Shown here: in pieces, positions 17,739-27,749 of the stretch
How positions within the stretch are numbered: the stretch's first letter is position 1
Layout of the letters: the number at the start of each line of letters is the position of its first letter
From: Candidatus Zhuqueibacterota bacterium
Lineage (GTDB): Bacteria > Zhuqueibacterota > Zhuqueibacteria > Residuimicrobiales > Oceaniaggregativiventaceae
DNA: 64,000 nt
Reading direction: 5' to 3'
Assembly: GCA_014728085.1 (NCBI GenBank)
Contig: WJMF01000055.1
Span: forward strand, 21,045-85,044
Position numbers and translations under genes: made by a program
Notes under the pieces: generated by a model
Seen by the model: the letters and a program-made list of their open reading frames with translations, nothing else
What the model was told of the DNA's origin: nothing
Databases searched by the model: none

Positions 17739-18059
17739 AACCGTTATCCGGTTTACTGGACATTGCGGCAAGCGTATGGTAAAACCTGTTCCTTTAAATC
17801 TGTTCAGAAGGAATAAGGCCCCCGACGATAATCTTGAAAATTGATTATTGCTTTTGCCGGGCTCTGTTTCGAACTCTCCTGTCTGTAACCCGGCCGTTAT
17901 GATGAATAACGGTGAATCACTCGCCTTCACTTTCTTTCATATATGCATCCTTCCAGAAATTCATAATCAGGTGGGCGTTTTGTTGTCCCCTTTTTCAGAC
18001 AGTGCGACAGAGATCCGGGTGACGCACACCATCCTGTTGAAATAAAAATAATTTTACTT

Positions 18060-18113
18060 GATGCTTAGCATTTAATATTGTACATTTATTTAGTTAGGGC
18101 ATCTTATTAACTA
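18060..18113. promoter_or_regulatory. Two palindromes upstream of the ROK regulator gene (candidate operator sites)
   Basis: ATGCTTAGCAT is a perfect 11-bp palindrome at 18060-18070. TTAGTTA-N10-TTAACTAA lies at 18089-18113. Both fall in the 170-bp region upstream of the ROK gene start. Confidence 0.3.
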
Positions 18114-18229
18114 ACAATGTGTTGGGGGAGACGGTCACGGGAATGGCCACTCGCAAACCTTCGGCCAGATTTATCAGCGTAACGATTTGATATTTCTTCA
18201 ACTCTAATAAACAGACGAAAGCACAGTCA

Positions 18230-19480
18230 ATGGAAAATTCAGCGAATCAGAAATTACTCAAACAGCTCAACGAAATCCGGCTTTTAAATATTATCAAACA
18301 AAAAGGTCCGATCAGCAGAAGCGAACTGGCAAAACAGACGCGAATATCCAAAGTCGCCATTTCTGATATCGTCAACCGATTGAATAATGAAGGATTTATT
18401 CTCGAAATCGGTAAAGGCCAGTCGACCAATCGCGGCGGTAAACGGCCTACCCTCCTCAAGCTTAATCCTGAAAACGGCTATGTTATCGGTATTGAAATCC
18501 AGCGCCGTCATGCCGTCGTGGTATTGGCAAACATCCAGTCCGAGATCAAGGAAATGAGGCGAATATTCTATCAACCCGGTACGCCCTATATGGAAATTAT
18601 ATCCCGTTTGTTCGAGGAAATAGACCGTTTGTTGACCGACCCGTATGCTTCCAAGCTTATAAGCATTGGGATCGGTATTCCCGGCTTTGTCGATTATAAA
18701 AAAGGATCGCTCATATTCGCCGATAGTATGGTGGGCTGGGAGGGATTGCCGTTTTCCTCCATTTTTTCGGAACGCTATAATGTTCCAACCCTGGTTGAGA
18801 ACGATGTCAATAATATTACTCTGGGTGAAAGCCTAAAAGGCGCGGGACGCAGCTACCCGAATATGGTATGTATCTGGATCGGTGAAGGGCTTGGTGCCGG
18901 TATTATTGTGGATGGACAACTCGTTCGCGGCGCTACGGGCAGTGCAGGAGAAATCGGATATCTCGAAATTGCAAATTTTTGTCTCAGACGCGAAAAAACC
19001 AAATCGCTGTATCACGATCATACCTACTTTGGTGAAATCCTTTCTGAAAAAAACCTGCTTGCCACCCTGCACGAAAAACTGGGCATCAAGGAGATTTATG
19101 ATAATGAGGAAGATGAAAAAAAAGCCCTCATACGTCTTGTTAAAAGAAGCGATCGCGGTGACCGCGACGTCTGCGCCATCCTGGAGGAATACGCTTACCT
19201 GCTTTCCATTATCTGCTCGGTGTTTATCAAAACCATAAATCCCAATTTGATTCTCCTCAGCGGCAAGGTGCTCGAAAATTCCGATTACCTCATCGATCAG
19301 ATTCGCAAACAAAATCACCAGTCCCTCAAAAATCTATCCTTACAGGGCGTGACCCTGCAGGTGGGTTCACTCGGTGAAAACGCCGGTATTCAGGGGGCGA
19401 TCGACCTGGCGCTTTTAACTCTTTTCGAATCCCCGGTCACCAGACGTACCAATCACTACAAGCGACATAAACCCTACTGA
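18230..19480 (+). CDS. ROK family transcriptional regulator (N-terminal wHTH plus ROK sugar-kinase-like domain)
   Basis: The N-terminal HTH (ISRSELAKQTRISKVAISDIVNRL) is followed by a ROK fold (GIGIPGFVD, ENDVNNITLGE, GAGIIVDGQL). The typical CxCGxxGC zinc motif is not obvious, so the protein is divergent. Confidence 0.8.
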   Translation: MENSANQKLLKQLNEIRLLNIIKQKGPISRSELAKQTRISKVAISDIVNRLNNEGFILEIGKGQSTNRGGKRPTLLKLNPENGYVIGIEIQRRHAVVVLANIQSEIKEMRRIFYQPGTPYMEIISRLFEEIDRLLTDPYASKLISIGIGIPGFVDYKKGSLIFADSMVGWEGLPFSSIFSERYNVPTLVENDVNNITLGESLKGAGRSYPNMVCIWIGEGLGAGIIVDGQLVRGATGSAGEIGYLEIANFCLRREKTKSLYHDHTYFGEILSEKNLLATLHEKLGIKEIYDNEEDEKKALIRLVKRSDRGDRDVCAILEEYAYLLSIICSVFIKTINPNLILLSGKVLENSDYLIDQIRKQNHQSLKNLSLQGVTLQVGSLGENAGIQGAIDLALLTLFESPVTRRTNHYKRHKPY

Positions 19481-19775
19481 TTTCTCTTACTCGATTCAAA
19501 ATAAAATACCAGCCGTTAAAGTATATTACCATGCGCAAGCCGAATTCATTATTTTTAAATAATGGTTGCATAATGGCGGATGGAATCAATGCCGATCGCT
19601 TTGCCGAAGATTACAAAAGGCTCCGGCGACATCTGTCCGGAACCGATACGCTCAACATCAAACTCGCGCCCGGCGGAGGTTGGGTCGCCATAGCAACGCC
19701 AAATCCGTAGCAGTTGAATTTTCAAAAAATAGAAAAACCTGATTTTAAATAATGATTCGCAAAAAACTCAAAAAT

Positions 19776-19807
19776 GGCCGGTATATGGTTATATCGGCCC
19801 GTTTTTG
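19776..19807. terminator. Bidirectional rho-independent terminator between convergent ROK and glycoside-hydrolase genes
   Basis: GGCCGGUAUA-UGGU-UAUAUCGGCC forms a 10-bp stem with one G-U pair. It is followed by CGTTTTTGA on the plus strand and by ATTTTTGAGTTTTTT on the minus strand. Confidence 0.55.
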
Positions 19808-19998
19808 ATACTCACCTCATGGAGTGGCAACTGGTTTTTGACCGGTCTGCGCACACCTTTTTTCCCGCGTTTTTGAAATGTCTCTTCTCGGCTATCCGGG
19901 CTATGTCGCTTTTTCCCGGGAATTATTCGCGATTTATCAGTTCGCGACAGTCTGGATAGCCGCACTGGGAAAATTTCATTCACTTTTAATGCACGAGT

Positions 19999-22251
19999 TC
20001 ACTTTGCAACAAAAACGCCGACCTCTCCTTGCTTCATGTCCAGTTCCAGCGTGCGCCCCTGCTTCTGGCCGTTGACCTGAAGCATATTTTTATGCATATC
20101 CAACTGCCGCTTGCCATCAGAGGTTGCCACAAGCATAACGGCATCTTCACTGGCCCGGACAATGTCGCCCTCCGTGCTCCATAATTTGACGCCGGCTTGC
20201 CGGCACAACCAGCGCAGTACCGGCACAGGAAGCGGCGCAGTACCGACGTAAACAGAGGTATAACCGTCGAGTTGCTTGCGGACGAACGCCGGCAATGCAT
20301 TGTCAGCCCAGCGACCGAGTATTTCAACATCTTTATCCGTTACGGCAAAACGGGGAAACCGTTCTCTCGTCAGGGTCCCGAACCTCAACTCTGTATTGTC
20401 TCCTCTCCCGGGCAACTCGCATTGAATCAGCATGGGACCCGGCTCTTCAAGAATGTCAAACTGAAATCCGCTCAATCTCTGCATCGCCTTTGGATCGAGT
20501 CTCTCCGGAGAGACAAAACCGGGAGCGTAATACCAAACCACGGTTATGCCGCTATCTTTCAGCAGGTTTTGCAGCCTGTCAATTTCCGATGCATCCAGAT
20601 AGAAAAGATTAACCATAAAAAGTAATTTATATTTTTCCATATCGCCGGCATTCAGATCGAACCGGTATAGGAAATCCATTGGGGCTCCCATTCGATGAAA
20701 TGCCCGCGCCTGGGAATCACAGAACCAGTATTCAAAAAAATCCTGATACCCGGCTCCCTTTTCCCAGGGCTTTTCAGCATACCAGTGTTTGGTTACAAAA
20801 AAACTTTTGGCATCATAAACCGCAGCAACATCTGAAACGCTTGACACATCCAACCGGGCGCGTATTTCGCCCAGTTCCGTCCACTTTTTGATCTCGTTCA
20901 CAATTACCGGTGGCGCATACCATCCCTCTCCCTTAACCGCACCAATATCGCAAAGCCAACCGCCGCTACCGGTTACAAACATTTGACCCAGATCCCGCTG
21001 CAACAACATTAAAGAACCTTTTACCGTATTGCTGCCGCTACCGGCATAGTCGATATCTCGCCCTTTATCGACATATGTAGCCGGATCGAGTTCAACAAAG
21101 GGCAATTTACCGTGTCGTTTAATCGAGGTTAGTAAAAGACGATAACCGCCGTCACCGGCCAGGCCACGTCCCCTGCCCAACCAGTTTCCGGCCTGATCAT
21201 AAACATCTGTTTCACCCCTGGTCGCATCCTCCTGGTTGGAAGATTGATAGGTGTAAGGTGAAGCGATAAAATCAATATGAGGAGACTGCAGTATCGGCTT
21301 TGGCGCAAGATGTCCCCCTTCCTGAATAAAGACATTCTCAAGCAGATAATTATAAAACACGCCACAAAGCAAACGATTCCGGCTGGTGTTTTTCACGATC
21401 CCGGCATAATGACAGATCAGATCGGCGGTTAAATGATGCAGCCGTTTATAATAGTCGATAACCCGCGGCTGTTTTGATGGATCCCGAAACAATCCATAAT
21501 CACTCTGCACTCTGCTCTGCAGGTCTGGTATGTATCCCATATAGTCCTGCATTACCGGTGAAGTGTCCGGCAGAAACCAGGAATGAAAATAATGCCACTC
21601 TCCTCCCGTCGTACCGGAGCCGATATGATAGCCGATAATACGGCTTTTCAGGGGGGAGCGTTCATAGTAATCGATGAAATGCTTCAACATCCCGGTCATT
21701 TCATTTTTCCAGAATGATGACGCAAATGAGACCGATTGCGGATCATTTCTCCACCATCGCTGGCCACCCTCACCGATCAACAAGCTGTCGGTGGCGATAT
21801 TTACCACTTCGTTAAAAGGCAAGAGAGAGGTAACCAGCTCTTCCGGATGTTTTTCTTTCCACCAGTCCGGAGCATAAAGCAAGAGTCGCGGTAAAAAACA
21901 GGCTTCCGGGTGAAGTTTTAACAGCGAATCGAAAAATTTATCGAATTGTGTCCAGTCATAGCGATCCTCGGATAGCCAGCCGTCACTGATGTGAAGTATC
22001 GGATAAATAATCTCTATACCCGCCTGGCGAAACTGTGGTGTATAGTCCAGCAATCTAAAGCTCCAGGCAAAGAGGGGATAGGTTTCCTCTTCATTGATAA
22101 ACAGCCGGGGACCGCCGCGTTCTACTCGCACTGATGCCTGTACCGCAGGCTCGTCCTTTAATTTGGCGATCTCGCTCAACACACGGTTTTCATTTGCATA
22201 GGTTAGCGATGCAAGCATCAACGCCAGAATAGAAAAATATCGAAACATCAT
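19999..22251 (-). CDS. Secreted putative glycoside hydrolase (TIM-barrel, GH42/beta-galactosidase-like architecture; family not assigned)
   Basis: The 750-aa product has a signal peptide. The aromatic-rich sequence has a GH-like N-terminal region and a trimerisation-like middle domain. Assignment is from overall architecture and context only. Confidence 0.4.
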   Translation of the reverse strand: MMFRYFSILALMLASLTYANENRVLSEIAKLKDEPAVQASVRVERGGPRLFINEEETYPLFAWSFRLLDYTPQFRQAGIEIIYPILHISDGWLSEDRYDWTQFDKFFDSLLKLHPEACFLPRLLLYAPDWWKEKHPEELVTSLLPFNEVVNIATDSLLIGEGGQRWWRNDPQSVSFASSFWKNEMTGMLKHFIDYYERSPLKSRIIGYHIGSGTTGGEWHYFHSWFLPDTSPVMQDYMGYIPDLQSRVQSDYGLFRDPSKQPRVIDYYKRLHHLTADLICHYAGIVKNTSRNRLLCGVFYNYLLENVFIQEGGHLAPKPILQSPHIDFIASPYTYQSSNQEDATRGETDVYDQAGNWLGRGRGLAGDGGYRLLLTSIKRHGKLPFVELDPATYVDKGRDIDYAGSGSNTVKGSLMLLQRDLGQMFVTGSGGWLCDIGAVKGEGWYAPPVIVNEIKKWTELGEIRARLDVSSVSDVAAVYDAKSFFVTKHWYAEKPWEKGAGYQDFFEYWFCDSQARAFHRMGAPMDFLYRFDLNAGDMEKYKLLFMVNLFYLDASEIDRLQNLLKDSGITVVWYYAPGFVSPERLDPKAMQRLSGFQFDILEEPGPMLIQCELPGRGDNTELRFGTLTRERFPRFAVTDKDVEILGRWADNALPAFVRKQLDGYTSVYVGTAPLPVPVLRWLCRQAGVKLWSTEGDIVRASEDAVMLVATSDGKRQLDMHKNMLQVNGQKQGRTLELDMKQGEVGVFVAK

Positions 22252-22553
22252 CTCTTTCCCTTTTTGCTGATTTTTTATTTATAGAATTCACCCAAAAAAT
22301 AAAAAATAATTAGTCATAATATAACATAAATCAGCTTAAAAACAAATGAGTAAATATATAATATCGCCGATTTACCGATGAAAAGAGTTGCTTTACTCCG
22401 GCCCGGCGAATTCTTTAATCTATTCGAGAAAGCATTTTTATTTTCACAAAAAATTGATTACCTTTCAGATAGCGAAAATTCTGACTTTTCACCTCTGGAA
22501 ACACCGGTTACACCCCCCTGATAAGCGAAAATCCCTCATAAAAGGAGGAATAC

Positions 22554-23156
22554 ATGCCTGACATAGCAGCCAAGGATAGCAGTGCGTTGATCATTGTCGA
22601 TTTGTTAATAGACTTTTTTGATCGGGCGCTTTGGCCTCATAGCGATATTCCCCAGCAAAGAGAAAGCCTGACAAGAAATACCAACGACCTGGTATCTCTG
22701 GCGAGGGAATTTCAACTTCCCGTCCTGTGGGTTAGACAAGAGTTCGAACCGGATCTTTCGGATGCTTTTTTGCATATGCGAAGACAACATAAAAAATATA
22801 CCGTAAAAGGAACTCCCGGTGCCAACTTTTTGCCGGAATTACAAATAAACGCATCCGATCCCGTCATTACCAAGAAACGATTTTCCGCCTTTTTTAGAAC
22901 AAAGCTCGATGAGCAGCTTGCCGCACTTGGGGTCACCGAGATTATATTGGCAGGTATCACCACAACCTGGTGCATCAGAGAAACAGCTGTGGATGCATAT
23001 CAGCGCGATTTTTTGGTTACCCTGGCAAAAAGCTGTACAGCAGCATTTACCGCGGAAGATCATGACAAAAGCATCAAAGCAATGGATGGCTATATCGCCA
23101 AATGTTTTTCAATACGGCAAATCCGGAACCACCTGGAAGAAATTTCATCACATTGA
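22554..23156 (+). CDS. Isochorismatase-family cysteine hydrolase
   Basis: The catalytic triad context is present: LIIVDLLIDF (Asp), Lys, and TTWCIRETA (Cys). An AGGAGG RBS precedes the start. Confidence 0.8.
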   Translation: MPDIAAKDSSALIIVDLLIDFFDRALWPHSDIPQQRESLTRNTNDLVSLAREFQLPVLWVRQEFEPDLSDAFLHMRRQHKKYTVKGTPGANFLPELQINASDPVITKKRFSAFFRTKLDEQLAALGVTEIILAGITTTWCIRETAVDAYQRDFLVTLAKSCTAAFTAEDHDKSIKAMDGYIAKCFSIRQIRNHLEEISSH

Positions 23157-23734
23157 TAGTTGAATTATTCCCTGTTACATCTGTAAAATTACTGACATTT
23201 GAAGATTTTTCAGGTTTTATACTAAAATCTTCGGTCCAGGAAAGTAAAATGTGCCGCATATGACAGATATCGGCGCAAGCGGTATCAATCTATACGGCGG
23301 CGCCTGAATTGCGACGGATCATAAAAATATACAACGGATGCTCAAATCCGAGTTAAAAATTATATCACGAGAAACATCAGCGCCGGTAATGCGTTGAAAC
23401 CTATAGCGGTACTGTATAATTCGATCTAAAGACAGAGACACAATAAAATCCAGGACCGGAAAACATCATCCTGCATCATAGAACATGAAACAGGACGGAG
23501 AGGGGTTTATTAAATGAAAAATTTTTCGTACATTTAACCTGCAACGAATCGGTTTAAATTCAAGGCAGAATGAATCACTGAAAAGCAAAACAAAACTTCC
23601 GGCTCGATGCTACAACCCTGTGGACGAGGCGGCAATTTTTGTTTTCATTGCATTATATTTCTCCTTAATTTCGGTTGAGTTGAAATGTTTGTGGTGAATT
23701 CAAAAGAGAATATGAATCAACAAAAGGAGAAATC

Positions 23735-24166
23735 ATGAAAAAAGCAGAAAAAGGACAAAAAGTGAAAGTTCATTATACAGGCAAACTAGAAGACGGCACG
23801 ACATTCGATACTTCTGTAGGTAAAACACCTCTGGAGTTTACAATTGGTGAAGGTCAGCTCATCCCCGGCTTTGAAAAAAGCGTCATTGGATTGAAAGAAG
23901 GGGAAAGCACAGAGATCAACATTCCGGCGGAAGAAGGTTATGGGGAAAGACAGGAACAGCTCGTTGGTAAAATCCCAAAGGAAAAACTGCCCGAAAATCT
24001 CGAACCCAAAGTGGGAATGCGACTACAATCTCAAACCCCGGAAGGACAAACATTTGTCGTCAAGGTCGTCGATATTTCAGAAGAGGATATCACCATAGAC
24101 GGAAACCATGAGCTCGCGGGAAAAGATCTCGTTTTTGAAGTCGAATTGGTGGAAATCCTTTCCTGA
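23735..24166 (+). CDS. slyD: FKBP-type peptidyl-prolyl cis-trans isomerase (SlyD-like, with IF insertion)
   Basis: VHYTGKLEDGTTFDTS...EFTIGEGQLIPGFE is the FKBP fold. An insert-in-flap region follows, with the C-terminal strand FEVELVEI. Confidence 0.75.
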   Translation: MKKAEKGQKVKVHYTGKLEDGTTFDTSVGKTPLEFTIGEGQLIPGFEKSVIGLKEGESTEINIPAEEGYGERQEQLVGKIPKEKLPENLEPKVGMRLQSQTPEGQTFVVKVVDISEEDITIDGNHELAGKDLVFEVELVEILS

Positions 24167-24222
24167 CTCAATTCAACAGCACACGACCGCACTTTATACA
24201 AGAGCCTACGAGGCAAGTCTAC

Positions 24223-24984
24223 ATGAACTATAATGCCGGTTCCATCATCAAAGCATACAGCAAGCGCGCCCGGTTGGAAAATGATTCCGAAAGCGAAAGG
24301 TCGTTGCGGGTCGAAATACCCCGGCACTTTTTACATAATGCAATCAATGCCGGGGATATTGTTCTGGACGCCGGAGGCGGGGCCGGCATCAATGCCGCAT
24401 ATATGGCAAAGCAATGTAAAGCGGTTTATCTTATGGACATTACGCCCTCTATACTCAACTATGCCAATAAGAATACCAAGTCGATAGATAACATTCATCT
24501 CGTTCGTGGAAATATAGTTGATCTGATGTTTCCGAATGAATCGTTTGATTTGGCGGTGTGTCTGGGGGATCCTGTTTCCTATGTGCTTGATATGCGGTTT
24601 CAGGCTTTTGATGAACTGATTCGGGTCATAAAACCACGGGGTCATTTATTTGTCGGATGTAACTCCAAATACGGCTATATTCAGAACGAATTATCGCAAA
24701 ACAACGTTAAAGAGGCTCTGAATATTTACCGGACCGGTACAACCCGGTGCGTCATGGGGCCTGAAACACATCTCTATACGGTTCAGGAAGTGACCGACAT
24801 TCTCAAAAAACGAAATTGCAGAATTATCAGGACAGGCTCTACATCTTCTTTCACGCTCAAAGACGACAGCGTCAGTACAGATGAATGGGAAGCTTTGAAA
24901 GAAATGGAAATGACTTTATACGGTCAGCCCGAATGGCTGGGAGGCAAGCATTTATTCTTTTTGGCACAAAAAACGGAGGCATAA
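24223..24984 (+). CDS. Class I SAM-dependent methyltransferase
   Basis: The glycine-rich SAM motif VLDAGGGAG is present, with an acidic residue ending beta-2 (LMD) and motif post-I. Confidence 0.7.
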   Translation: MNYNAGSIIKAYSKRARLENDSESERSLRVEIPRHFLHNAINAGDIVLDAGGGAGINAAYMAKQCKAVYLMDITPSILNYANKNTKSIDNIHLVRGNIVDLMFPNESFDLAVCLGDPVSYVLDMRFQAFDELIRVIKPRGHLFVGCNSKYGYIQNELSQNNVKEALNIYRTGTTRCVMGPETHLYTVQEVTDILKKRNCRIIRTGSTSSFTLKDDSVSTDEWEALKEMEMTLYGQPEWLGGKHLFFLAQKTEA

Positions 24985-25031
24985 AGGTGTGAAAAGATCG
25001 CTCTCCTGCGCATTCTGACTGAATTTTCACC

Positions 25032-27509
25032 CTATGGATAACCGGTTCCGGTAGTCAGTTCAGGGTCGCCTTCCCTGGGTATCCAAATACCAATGACAAG
25101 CGTCTCATCGGAAATCTCACTTTCAAATGCCTTCAAGTTGGAGGGCAGGGGACCGGTATGCACTTTGGCCCAAACCTGGGCACGGCCATCCCGATACTGA
25201 TATTCCATCCCTCTCCACCCTTTTGACGAAAAAAATTCGGGCTCTGCCTTTGCTTTAGAGCTGCCGGCAACCATAAAAGCGGCAATTCGAATGTCCGATG
25301 AAAGGGAATCGCTACCGGCCTGCAGGTGATAATGAGGTACGATGTCTTTGTCATAGGTCTCATGCCAATAATCCGTTAATTGCCCCTCAAAGTCTGCCGG
25401 CACGCCCTGCAAATAAGGCGTATCAAAGGTATCGCTTTGAACCATCGACATGGGTATACCAAGGGAATTGAATAAACGGACCTTGAGCCAGGCGCCTCTA
25501 CGCCGGCTGAAAATTTCCTGATTGTCCGAATCAATTTCCATCGGTTCCAGGGTGTGCAACAGCCACTGAAATGTAGAGGGCTTTGGTGCATTCAGGTCGT
25601 CAAGCATAACAAAAACACCGGGACGTACAAAAACAACATGCCGGACGCATTTCTTCAGCAACCCTTTGTAGGATGCCGTGGCATCCCCGCAAGCATAAGT
25701 GGTTAGGTCCTGATGATTAAAAGCAACAATATCTCCGGTGGCGGTAAAATCCCTTATGGTCTGGCCTTTACCATTAACCAAAATGGCATTACTGGCTTTG
25801 GTCGCCCGTGTCCAGTTTGCGTGATGCGGCATGCCGTAAACCGGGCCATAATATCCCGACGCAATTGCCAGAGCACGGCCGCCAACGGAAACATGAAAGG
25901 CGTTCTGATTGGCATGACTGTGGCTGATACTGGCATAGGGACTGCTTTTAAACAACATGAATATATCATTATGCAAATCCGAAAAATCGGAATGCATCGC
26001 AACCCAACCGACATCGCTAAAGTATTTCGCTGTGGCGTTCAATTCCGGTACAGGAATATCTTCAGCCACTTGGGGCACCATCGGAATCACCGGATAATAG
26101 TAATATCTCTCCGGCAAAAGCAACTGATCCGCCCACCAGGCAGAGACCGGATCATCAAAGCGCTCCGCATGCAGATTGAGATAGGCCCACAGGGCCACTG
26201 TTCGCCTGCTGGGAACATCAAGTCCAATTTCAGCGCCATCACCAAATGGTTTTTGTTCAGCATTTGGACGCATACAGTAAGTAAAAAAATGGCGAATATT
26301 GCGAAAAAAGGGCCGTTGCCACAAGTCCACCTGCGAAACGATGCGCAGAGCTTCGATCCAGGGTGTGATAAACATGCTGTAACGGGGGCCATAGTCCATT
26401 CCCTCTGCCCAGCCGCCGTCGTAACTGCCCCAGTGCGGGTAAACGGTCATAAAAGCTTCCAGAGAATAATCGAGCCATTCCTGTACCTCTTCATCCGGGG
26501 CTTCATCGGCCAATACCAGCGCCTGTTCTCCCAAATACCCGATCAACCGGCCATCATGACTGGACCCGGGACGCTGATGAAAAGGTCTTTTAATACCCAC
26601 GCGCTCAAAGGTATCCCGCGCCCGCTGGATACAGTTTTGCCGAACAAATTCGCGCTCTTCTTCACTCAAAATGGTATAAAGCCAGTCATAAGCGCGATGT
26701 GTACAACGGGCCAAACTCAATCCGACTTCATCAAATCCACCGTGCTGACTCGAGGTGATGCCAAAAGGATCCCAGGAGGCAACCCGCAGTAAAATGCGTT
26801 TGGCGGCTGTGGCATATTTTTCGTCCTCCGTCATCAGCCAGGCCAGGCTCAACGCCTGCAAGGCTTCGTCAATAGCCGGACGGACATTGCGATAATATTC
26901 CTGATAAGCCAGACGCCGCATTGCATATTGAGTGTCGATATCATACTGATCATAGGTTGGTGGTGCAGGAGCCGGTATATCCAGATTGGCATCTGCCGTG
27001 GCCTTGAGTCGCTTCCAGGCTTGTCTGCGCGTGGTTTGCAATGTAGCCCGGAAATCGGGTAAAGATTGATCTAAAAAGATCAAACGGGGATGATTTTCCG
27101 GCAGAGTATCGATAAGATTAATGACATCCGGTTTCGGTTGTTCGATCAAGCCGGCAGGAACCGCAAGTTCATAAGGCCGCCGCGTCGCCACAACGTTGCC
27201 CTTCGAATCCAGGGCCTCTACCAACCAATGATATTCTCCAGGCTCCAGAGTTTGTGACGGCACAAACACATTATCGTTTTGTATCAACGCGTTAATAATT
27301 GTCTTTCCGCTCTCTTTGGATTTGAGTATAAAACGATAAGCATCAACCGATTCCATGGTTAGCCAGGAAAATCCGGGCGGATTGATTCGGGCGGTGTGTT
27401 GATCCGGTGGTTCCGGGAAAAGATGTACTTCTTTGCTCCGCTGCTCCGGGAACTCGAGAGCATAAACGCTCAGGAATAAAGTTAAAATCGCAATAGTCAA
27501 AAACCGCAT
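25032..27509 (-). CDS. Heparinase II/III-like polysaccharide lyase (DUF4962 N-domain plus Hepar_II_III domain), secreted
   Basis: An AGGAGG RBS precedes the ATG at 27509, which gives the signal peptide MRFLTIAILTLFLSVYA. The (alpha/alpha)-toroid plus beta-sandwich architecture is typical of heparinase II/III and alginate-lyase-like enzymes. Confidence 0.7.
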   Translation of the reverse strand: MRFLTIAILTLFLSVYALEFPEQRSKEVHLFPEPPDQHTARINPPGFSWLTMESVDAYRFILKSKESGKTIINALIQNDNVFVPSQTLEPGEYHWLVEALDSKGNVVATRRPYELAVPAGLIEQPKPDVINLIDTLPENHPRLIFLDQSLPDFRATLQTTRRQAWKRLKATADANLDIPAPAPPTYDQYDIDTQYAMRRLAYQEYYRNVRPAIDEALQALSLAWLMTEDEKYATAAKRILLRVASWDPFGITSSQHGGFDEVGLSLARCTHRAYDWLYTILSEEEREFVRQNCIQRARDTFERVGIKRPFHQRPGSSHDGRLIGYLGEQALVLADEAPDEEVQEWLDYSLEAFMTVYPHWGSYDGGWAEGMDYGPRYSMFITPWIEALRIVSQVDLWQRPFFRNIRHFFTYCMRPNAEQKPFGDGAEIGLDVPSRRTVALWAYLNLHAERFDDPVSAWWADQLLLPERYYYYPVIPMVPQVAEDIPVPELNATAKYFSDVGWVAMHSDFSDLHNDIFMLFKSSPYASISHSHANQNAFHVSVGGRALAIASGYYGPVYGMPHHANWTRATKASNAILVNGKGQTIRDFTATGDIVAFNHQDLTTYACGDATASYKGLLKKCVRHVVFVRPGVFVMLDDLNAPKPSTFQWLLHTLEPMEIDSDNQEIFSRRRGAWLKVRLFNSLGIPMSMVQSDTFDTPYLQGVPADFEGQLTDYWHETYDKDIVPHYHLQAGSDSLSSDIRIAAFMVAGSSKAKAEPEFFSSKGWRGMEYQYRDGRAQVWAKVHTGPLPSNLKAFESEISDETLVIGIWIPREGDPELTTGTGYP

Positions 27510-27544
27510 AACCCCTCCTGCTTTTACTAAATTTTTTACAATGC

Positions 27545-27561
27545 ATGTTGTCATACAACAT
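27545..27561. promoter_or_regulatory. Perfect 17-bp palindrome ATGTTGTCATACAACAT in the promoter region of the heparinase-like lyase gene (candidate operator)
   Basis: The sequence is exactly self-complementary. It sits about 40 bp upstream of the lyase start codon on the minus strand. Confidence 0.35.
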
Positions 27562-27603
27562 ACAATAATATATATCATATTTTTGTTAAAAAATCAAGTC
27601 ATT

Positions 27604-27630
27604 TATAAAAAAGGTACCAGCTGCTGTACC
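27604..27630 (-). terminator. Putative rho-independent terminator downstream of the MFS transporter gene
   Basis: The GGTACAGCAGCTGGTACC hairpin on the minus strand is followed by a TTTTTTAT tract. Confidence 0.4.
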
Positions 27631-27749
27631 GAAGCTGAGACAAAAAAGGACGAGCCTGCTCAACAGGGGAGAATCGACCCACCCGGATAAAAAAACGGTA
27701 CAGAGAAAGACGGAATCCCTGTACCGCATAACAGAACAGAATCAAATGC

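Noticed and set aside
19571-19708. 45-aa ORF (MADGINADRFAEDYKRLRRHLSGTDTLNIKLAPGGGWVAIATPNP) in the ROK-GH intergenic region
   Set aside because: It is too short, with no RBS and no recognisable family. I could not support it.
25713-26792. 359-aa ORF on the plus strand
   Set aside because: It lies entirely antisense to the well-supported heparinase-like gene. The product has no recognisable features and is Arg/Gly/Pro-rich, which is typical of reverse-strand artefacts.
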